From positions 1 to 64,000 of the IMG/VR virus record IMGVR_UViG_3300009034_000018: a stretch of 64,000 bases of DNA; one strand, 5' to 3'. Numbering within the stretch: the first letter of the stretch is position 1; every line of letters starts with the position of its first letter. A program made the position numbers and the translations under genes. Shown in pieces: positions 57,729 through 64,000 of this stretch. Origin of the DNA: a virus. A model generated the notes under the pieces. The model was not told the DNA's origin, searched no databases, and was given only the letters and a program-made list of their open reading frames with translations.

Positions 57729-57871
57729 TATTATTATATTTTGTTTTTCTCAACATCTTATTCCTTTTCCTTTTCCATAATCTCTTTGCTATCCGTATAT
57801 CTCTTTGCAATACTTCTTCTCCAGCACAAGGATCTTTAAGATGTTTCATTAACCATGCTTCTTTTTTTGAT

Positions 57872-58732
57872 TTAGGTTTCATTATATTCTTTCCATTCTG
57901 ATAAAGCTAATTTGGATGCAATCTCCACTATCGGCTTCATATCACAATTATATAAATCTGAACAAGAAAAAGAATTTATTTCTAATAGATAAAATCTATT
58001 ATTAGATAGACATATATCCATTGTATATAGTTTGTCAGGCTCCCATTTGTTTTTTGCTATTTCTTCAGCAAAATTTTTAGCATCTAAATTTTGTCCAGAC
58101 CATTCTAATAATTCTTCATTGATTGATACTTCCAATTCTCCACAATAAATTTCTTTATATGAGCTTCCAGATATAACTTTCTTTTCTGCAACAACAAATC
58201 TCCATTCTTTCTCTATATCTTTTGCTCCAGACACCACGACAAGTAAATTTTCATCTTCATGATAAAATCCAAACCCTAATTCATCTAGAGTCAGTTTTTC
58301 TCTATTTACGACACAACCAGTAAATGATTTAGATCCCTTATCTGGTCTTATAAAAAAATTATCCGTTTCCAATAAACGGCACAACTGATGTTTTCTTCTT
58401 ATCGCTTCTTTCATCGGCAGCATTATATAATCTTTATTAAAAAGATATTCTCCAAAATAAGTATAATATTTTGAGCAATAAAAATTCTTGAAATTGCACC
58501 AAGGTCCAGGAATCCACGGTTTCTTTTTTTGTAATCTTGCAGCCAGATTTAAAGATCCATAAAAAATAACACAATCATTATCTGCATATTTACAATCAGA
58601 AATTCCATCCTTGTGTTCTAGATTAACACATTTCAATAATGTATATTCAAATCCTTGACGACATATTTCTTCTATCAAAGATGATAAGTCTTCATTAAAT
58701 ACATCTCGTTCTATTAACCATTTGGGTTGCAT
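57872..58732 (-). CDS. ATP-grasp domain protein (R2K-clade-like)
   Basis: FIRPD.GSKSFTG, EWRFVV...VISGS.Y, YTMDI.....LLEINSFSCS. Confidence 0.8.
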   Translation of the reverse strand: MQPKWLIERDVFNEDLSSLIEEICRQGFEYTLLKCVNLEHKDGISDCKYADNDCVIFYGSLNLAARLQKKKPWIPGPWCNFKNFYCSKYYTYFGEYLFNKDYIMLPMKEAIRRKHQLCRLLETDNFFIRPDKGSKSFTGCVVNREKLTLDELGFGFYHEDENLLVVVSGAKDIEKEWRFVVAEKKVISGSSYKEIYCGELEVSINEELLEWSGQNLDAKNFAEEIAKNKWEPDKLYTMDICLSNNRFYLLEINSFSCSDLYNCDMKPIVEIASKLALSEWKEYNET

Positions 58733-58770
58733 AAGTTATATTTCTATTTTATAGTATATGCAGAATCACT

Positions 58771-58983
58771 TTAATTCGGACCACACCATCTTATCATAAC
58801 GACATCTTTTGTGTTTTCGTTGGTATAAGATGTACCATCAGGACCATAATATACGCTAGGGAATACTTGACCCATTTCGATGAAAGATAACTCGCAATCA
58901 TTACCCTCTATTTCATCACAAACATATACTTCTAATTCTTGATCGAATTTTTGAAGTTCTTTTATCAATTCTTTTACATTCAT
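58771..58983 (-). CDS. Small hypothetical protein
   Basis: MNVKELIKELQKFDQELEV is a typical phage N-terminus; the track extension upstream lies in a tRNA. Confidence 0.7.
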   Translation of the reverse strand: MNVKELIKELQKFDQELEVYVCDEIEGNDCELSFIEMGQVFPSVYYGPDGTSYTNENTKDVVMIRWCGPN

Positions 58984-59006
58984 TGTATTTTTACCTTTCT
59001 TTGATA

Positions 59007-59078
59007 AGCTCCCCATGGGACTTGCGCCCATCTTTCGTCCTTACCAGGAACGCACATCGCTATCTATGCTTGGAGAGC
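59007..59078 (-). tRNA. tRNA-Thr(GGT), non-canonical T-loop
   Basis: GCTCTCC/GGGGAGC-T; GCAT/ATGT D-stem; CGTTC-CTGGTAA-GGACG; ATGGG-CGCAAGT-CCCAT. Confidence 0.8.
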
Positions 59079-59322
59079 GTGGTAAATTATCTCTCTTGTT
59101 CTTTAAGAAACAACGAAAAGAGTCTAATACTATTTTTATTTTCCTCATTCTTATTTCTTTGTCTACAACATTTTTTTTTATTTTTGAATGTAAAAACATA
59201 AATATACATGCCAAAAATCCAAATATCAGGGACAACCATTCTATGTTATAATATAACGCAATTCCCATTATAACCGGACATACACATACAAGTATTACTA
59301 ATAGATACAAAATAATTTTCAT
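59041..59322 (-). CDS. Small membrane protein (2 TM)
   Basis: Two hydrophobic segments followed by a basic tail; stop lies in the tRNA-Thr(GGT) anticodon loop. Confidence 0.55.
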   Translation of the reverse strand: MKIILYLLVILVCVCPVIMGIALYYNIEWLSLIFGFLACIFMFLHSKIKKNVVDKEIRMRKIKIVLDSFRCFLKNKRDNLPRSPSIDSDVRSW

Positions 59323-59340
59323 TGTTCATCTCACTTTCAA

Positions 59341-59413
59341 AGCCGATAATGGGAATCGAACCCATATTTCTTGTTTACGAAACAAGTTCTCTTCCAAATT
59401 GAGATATATCGGC
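59341..59413 (-). tRNA. tRNA-Thr(CGT)
   Basis: GCCGATA/TATCGGC-T; CTTGT-TTCGTAA-ACAAG; ATGGG-TTCGATT-CCCAT. Confidence 0.92.
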
Positions 59414-59419
59414 ATTATA

Positions 59420-60136
59420 TTATATCCCGAGATTAACATTTATTGCAAAAATATTTTTCTCTTTTTTAAAAACAGCTATAATATTATCTTTATCCTGATA
59501 TATGTCATAATTATTATCACGCAACATTTTGACTGTATTAACAACTGCTTTTAGTCCAACATTTTTAATATGGCCAGTCATATCTTCATTATTAAGTTCA
59601 TCATTTCTGTCAAATATTTCAAATCTAATAATTGTCGGTTGGAGCCTGCAAAAAGGAATCTGTTTAATGATTTCACAATCAAAACCTTCTGTGTCCACTT
59701 GTAATAAATCTATGTTATTAATATTATGTTTTTTTAATAATGCGCACAATGAAATACACTCCACTATCATACTAGATTCATATGAATGTTGAATAGATCT
59801 TCTTAATAATAACGAACTAAGTTCTCTATTACTTTCTCCCATATCATTTTTGTAATTAAATAGTTTTCTTTTTTCTTTTTGGTTAGATATTGCAACATTT
59901 TCAAGAACAATATTGTTTTGTGTAGAATAACATTCTTCGAGATATTTAAAAGTATCTGGATGTGGTTCAACTAATATCGCAATTTTTACATCATATTCAT
60001 ATATTAAGCCGTTGATATAATCTTTTCCGCAACCTGCTCCTATTTGTATAATAACTGGATGATTTGGCAATAACAGTTTAATGATTTTTTCACTACTTAT
60101 ATATTCGATTTTTTGCAAGTACGTTTTATTATTCAT
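59420..60136 (-). CDS. FkbM family methyltransferase
   Basis: IQIGA..G.D, LVEP, ENVAIS, IDLLQVDTEGFD. Confidence 0.88.
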   Translation of the reverse strand: MNNKTYLQKIEYISSEKIIKLLLPNHPVIIQIGAGCGKDYINGLIYEYDVKIAILVEPHPDTFKYLEECYSTQNNIVLENVAISNQKEKRKLFNYKNDMGESNRELSSLLLRRSIQHSYESSMIVECISLCALLKKHNINNIDLLQVDTEGFDCEIIKQIPFCRLQPTIIRFEIFDRNDELNNEDMTGHIKNVGLKAVVNTVKMLRDNNYDIYQDKDNIIAVFKKEKNIFAINVNLGI

Positions 60137-60140
60137 GAAT

Positions 60141-60893
60141 TTAACATCTTTTGTTAACATCCCAAAATTTCGGCATGAATCTAGGATTCATAGTATTTAT
60201 AAAATGTTTGCGCCAATCTACAATAAATACATCTAAATCTTCTATCTTTTTAACAATTTCTTTAGCATAGCTAATCCCATATATTCTTATTTTGTATGGA
60301 TTTGTTACAGACATCTTTACTAAATGTTTTTTAGATATTATATTTCTATTAGTAAATTTCATCAAATATAAATACATATTATCAGATATATCAAATACTT
60401 CATTTTTTAACAAAATCGTTGCATATTTTTTTGCTTTTAGTAGTTTTTTATCAACAAATCTTATAACTGTTCTACTAACTTTATATTGATCTGCTAATTC
60501 ATGTTTTCTTTGTGTGGCGAATCTTTCATATTTATTATGACATTTTTCACATAACATTATTATATCATGGCTAGTATGCCTCTTTATAAAATCCGGCAGA
60601 CATCTTCTAAAACAATATGGAATAATATGATGTTTTGTTAAGTTATTTTTATCCTCGCATCCACACACGACACATTTATTTTCTCTATTACTAAGATAAA
60701 ATAAATCACCGACAGAGCCTCTCCCTTTTGGCTCGAATTTTAGTTGTATGATTGTCGGATTTTCTGATATTAAAATGGCTAAATTTTTCCTCAAATACCA
60801 TTGTGTTCTTTTATAACCTATTTTGCCTATTAATTCTCCGTCTGGTGCCAACATGCTCGTATTTCCATATAAATTCTTTTTATACCGTTTCAT
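60141..60893 (-). CDS. HNH-like protein resembling the C-terminal domain of EXD2
   Basis: APDGE..., WYL.KNLA, LKFEPKG, Y...REN.CVVCG, HHIIP.CFRR..P, H.SHD...LC..CH. Confidence 0.7.
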   Translation of the reverse strand: MKRYKKNLYGNTSMLAPDGELIGKIGYKRTQWYLRKNLAILISENPTIIQLKFEPKGRGSVGDLFYLSNRENKCVVCGCEDKNNLTKHHIIPYCFRRCLPDFIKRHTSHDIIMLCEKCHNKYERFATQRKHELADQYKVSRTVIRFVDKKLLKAKKYATILLKNEVFDISDNMYLYLMKFTNRNIISKKHLVKMSVTNPYKIRIYGISYAKEIVKKIEDLDVFIVDWRKHFINTMNPRFMPKFWDVNKRC

Positions 60894-60946
60894 AATATCC
60901 TCTATATAGCATTATAGAACACCTTGCCTTGTTGACAATATCTTTC

Positions 60947-61849
60947 TTATTCTGTCATCTTGAAATGATCATACATGTTTTTTTTAAGAAGTCCACAAAA
61001 ATGAAGTCCCTTAAATAATATTTCGCATTCTAATTTTTTATTATATGCATAGAATTTTTTATCGTCTTTCATCGATATAATTTTTGTATAATTATTCTTG
61101 TCAAATTCATATTCATCATTATAAAAATTTTTTCCAGTGTGTAAACCATGATCGAAAACTCTGCCGCGAACTACTTTCGATAAGTTCCCCATATTGTATT
61201 TATTCTTATCATAATACATATATAATATTGTCATATCACAAATGCCCCCTCCTATATGTTTGTTCTTTGCTTTCATTCTTTTGTGATATTTCCATTTCTG
61301 AACCAATTTTTTTATTTTAATCTGGCACATATAATATTCCATAAGAAGATCTACCACATCTTTTAAATCTTCATATTTCCAAAATGCGAAATGCGTTGAA
61401 GCCGCCAAAAAATAATTTGACTGTTCATATGGAATCATGTATGCAGTGCAACCCCAATCCTCAAATTCATCAGTTATATTGCAATATAATAATGTGTCAC
61501 AATCGCATGTAAAGCTAACAGAAATATTATTTTCTCTCATAAATTTTTCTAAAATAAATAAGCGGCGGAATGCAGATAATTCAAATCCATAATTGTTATA
61601 ACTCATATGGCAATATATCTTGTCAAATTCTTTATAAGCATCTTCAAAATCGCTATAAGAATAAAATGAAACTTGATCGTATTTTGGTGGTTTACCATAT
61701 ATTGCAATAACATTTTTATTATGTTTTTTTGCTTGCATTAAGCATATGTCTGTATATTGATGTTCCTCATCATCTTGAAAAAAATTGTGAGATTTATTAT
61801 CGTGAATAAAAATAATTGGTATCGTCTTTTTCTGCGCTTTATTTTTCAT
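60947..61849 (-). CDS. Putative glycosyltransferase (GT-A-like)
   Basis: F.R.FIL..FM, DCD.LLY, GGICDMT, LHF.G; located in a glycan cluster. Confidence 0.6.
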   Translation of the reverse strand: MKNKAQKKTIPIIFIHDNKSHNFFQDDEEHQYTDICLMQAKKHNKNVIAIYGKPPKYDQVSFYSYSDFEDAYKEFDKIYCHMSYNNYGFELSAFRRLFILEKFMRENNISVSFTCDCDTLLYCNITDEFEDWGCTAYMIPYEQSNYFLAASTHFAFWKYEDLKDVVDLLMEYYMCQIKIKKLVQKWKYHKRMKAKNKHIGGGICDMTILYMYYDKNKYNMGNLSKVVRGRVFDHGLHTGKNFYNDEYEFDKNNYTKIISMKDDKKFYAYNKKLECEILFKGLHFCGLLKKNMYDHFKMTE

Positions 61850-61850
61850 A

Positions 61851-62618
61851 TTATTCTTCTGATAGATATAAATCAGTTAAAACTAAACCCTTGTGAAATT
61901 TCGAATCTGTACATTTCGGATGGTTTCCTTCTGTAAATTCTATATCATCTGTCCATCCACATTTTTGATCCACCACGGGACTGAATATTTTCCCGTTACC
62001 CAATGTCGCTGCCCACCAAGAGAAAGTAGAATTCGCCCTGAAAAGAACGTCTGCGTTCTTTAACAAATTAAAGTCATATAAAAATAATAAATCCGCAGGA
62101 AGTTCTATTTCATTTGGTACATTGTCAGATGGAGTAAAAATCACTTTTTTTGTCGAATAACCGAATCTTTTTATTGCTTTAACATAACATGATTTAGATA
62201 ATATCGCAAAAAAATCTTTGGCTTTAAAATAATCGCCTCTTCTTAAATGAGCGGCTATGTAAAAATCTTTTATTTTAGGAAATTTATATTTATCTTCCAA
62301 TTCGAACCAATATTTCACATCTTTTCTCGAATAAAAAGATAGGGCCTGTTGATTTTGAGAATTTATATTTATTCCACAATTATATATTTTATGCGGGATT
62401 ATTTCTTCTTTTATTATCGGTAAATTTTCAGAAATAACATTGTCATCAATATTTTTAAATATTCTTCTGCCAATCCAATTCTTTGGTATTTCTAATGTAT
62501 AATTATGTTTTTTACAATATCCTTTTACATGAGCATATTTAAACAATTGATTGCCAAATCTGCCGCCCTTGTCTAATTTAGGAAGTTGAACAATTTTAGA
62601 TGGATCGTTTTCATTCAT
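61851..62618 (-). CDS. Alpha-1,2-fucosyltransferase-like (GT11)
   Basis: GRFGNQLF.YA, HLRRGDY, ANSTFSWWAA. Confidence 0.88.
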   Translation of the reverse strand: MNENDPSKIVQLPKLDKGGRFGNQLFKYAHVKGYCKKHNYTLEIPKNWIGRRIFKNIDDNVISENLPIIKEEIIPHKIYNCGININSQNQQALSFYSRKDVKYWFELEDKYKFPKIKDFYIAAHLRRGDYFKAKDFFAILSKSCYVKAIKRFGYSTKKVIFTPSDNVPNEIELPADLLFLYDFNLLKNADVLFRANSTFSWWAATLGNGKIFSPVVDQKCGWTDDIEFTEGNHPKCTDSKFHKGLVLTDLYLSEE

Positions 62619-62620
62619 AA

Positions 62621-64000
62621 CTATAATAAATTTCTTTGCATCTCAATTCTAAAACACTTTTTCGCAGTTTGAAAGATTCCCTTATCTCTAGTTGCGAAAA
62701 ATAAGTCTCCGCGAATGCCCACGTCGTTTTGTTGCAAATGGTTTTCTAAACATAGCCAATTTGTTTCATACTGTAACATAGTTGTAAGCCGATCTAATCC
62801 AGCCGTATTTCTCTTTTTCTCTCCTCTGTTTATTTGTTTTCCGCGTGTGCCATATACCATAATAGAATTAATATTGCCATCTAGTATCAATTCTAATTCT
62901 TTTTTTGCATAGTTTATTTCGTGATTACCAGTTATAAGCACAAAATCAAATGGCTCTTGTCTCATCAATATATTCAACGATCTTTCTTTATATACTTTTG
63001 GAAAATAATTATCTGTTAGTTCTAGCACTGTTCTATTTATATTATCACATAGATGTAATTCTATTTTTTTACCTATCTGTATTGCTTCTATAAAAGCAAA
63101 TGTAGCATGAACAAAATCACATCCAATATGCAATACCCGTTTAAAATTACATGATATCAATATGCTATATAAAACATTCCAGTATCGTTGAGGGATATAA
63201 CCATAATCAGATTTCAAGATATTTTTTATACCCATCTTGCCCATATGCTTTAAAACCATTTCTGAATTTTTAATATATTTTGGAACATCTATCTTATCTA
63301 TTAATTTGCCTAAGACTAATTCATTCTTATATATTGAATCTAATAATATTTTTTCATCTGGAGCTTTTGAGTATGAACTATCACTATCGATAGAATGATA
63401 ATATCTAGCTCCCTCAATGTGTTTTATTGTGTTTCCATTAAGAAGCCACGTTTTGTTTATAAAGTTAGAATCAAGAGCATCGTATACATTTCTCATATAT
63501 ATGCTATTTCTAATATTCTCATTGCGATTTAAATAATTTGTCTGTTTCAGGTCAAAGCGTCGTGTGCCAAATTTAGAGAAAATCCTTATGTATTCATTTT
63601 TGTTTAAAAAACCATTGCCATCATTTAAAAACGGAGAAACAAGTTTATCGTTAGTAATCAAGATGTCTACTATGTCAGATGTATTAAGTTCTTTCCCAGC
63701 CCATTGTCTGAAATCAAAATTTGGTTCTGCAAATGATGCATAGTATATACACGTTGGTTTCCAATTCTGCTGATATATTCTATCAATATACAACCTATTT
63801 ATATAATTGTCAGAATCTATCGACATAACCCAATCGCAATTAGCATGCATTATAGCAGATAGTTTTGTTCCAAATACACCAAAATTTTCTTCATGTCTAT
63901 GTAATTTTATTTTATCGAATTTAGATAAAAAATCTTTCAATTTACTATAATCTTTTTCTTCAGAATGGTCATCGACAACTACTATTTCTTCTACTCTATT
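62621..64000 (-). CDS. GT2 glycosyltransferase fused to a methyltransferase-like domain, 5'-truncated
   Basis: Frame open to the window end (EIVVVDDHS), ENFG, IDSDN; C-terminal VLHIG..FDFVLI.GNH. Confidence 0.75.
   Translation of the reverse strand, partial: NRVEEIVVVDDHSEEKDYSKLKDFLSKFDKIKLHRHEENFGVFGTKLSAIMHANCDWVMSIDSDNYINRLYIDRIYQQNWKPTCIYYASFAEPNFDFRQWAGKELNTSDIVDILITNDKLVSPFLNDGNGFLNKNEYIRIFSKFGTRRFDLKQTNYLNRNENIRNSIYMRNVYDALDSNFINKTWLLNGNTIKHIEGARYYHSIDSDSSYSKAPDEKILLDSIYKNELVLGKLIDKIDVPKYIKNSEMVLKHMGKMGIKNILKSDYGYIPQRYWNVLYSILISCNFKRVLHIGCDFVHATFAFIEAIQIGKKIELHLCDNINRTVLELTDNYFPKVYKERSLNILMRQEPFDFVLITGNHEINYAKKELELILDGNINSIMVYGTRGKQINRGEKKRNTAGLDRLTTMLQYETNWLCLENHLQQNDVGIRGDLFFATRDKGIFQTAKKCFRIEMQRNLL

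Noticed and set aside
58984-59031. N-terminal extension of ORF 58771..59031
   Set aside because: Falls inside tRNA-Thr(GGT); ATG 58983 gives a typical start
1-64000. Stop-codon reassignment, as seen in some huge phages
   Set aside because: Long conserved genes are intact in code 11, genes end on TAA, TAG and TGA, and no suppressor anticodon was found

Overview
AT-rich, gene-dense segment, almost all on the minus strand, of a large tailed-phage (Caudoviricetes, jumbo/huge-phage-like) genome using the standard genetic code. It contains a complete head-morphogenesis module: terminase large subunit with an intein, portal, a 2295-aa prohead protease/scaffold with an intein, a decoration protein and an HK97-type major capsid protein. 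It also has glycosylation genes and a collagen-like fibre, nucleotide metabolism genes (class II RNR, dUTPase), a FliA/WhiG-like sigma factor, an oppositely oriented pncB-pncA NAD-salvage pair and five tRNAs, four of them structurally atypical. Host-like genes (DUF1559/H-X9-DG prepilin, TIGR03790) point to a PVC/Planctomycetota host. The most notable signal is a recurrent short peptide tag (MNWYxK..., F-x-L-x-K-x-[AS], K-x-A) on otherwise unrelated effector-like domains (ART-like, papain-like, lysozyme, 2H phosphoesterase, WYL). Many of these genes sit behind one shared promoter motif (AAGG-N18-GWWWWWW), which suggests a modular capsid cargo-loading and proteolytic-maturation system. Other highlights are an Ala1 intein beside the protease active-site Ser, a portal fused to a Vsr/DUF559-like nuclease, and an apparent slippage/-1 frameshift at an A10 tract. 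All calls come from reading motifs by eye; no database searches were run.
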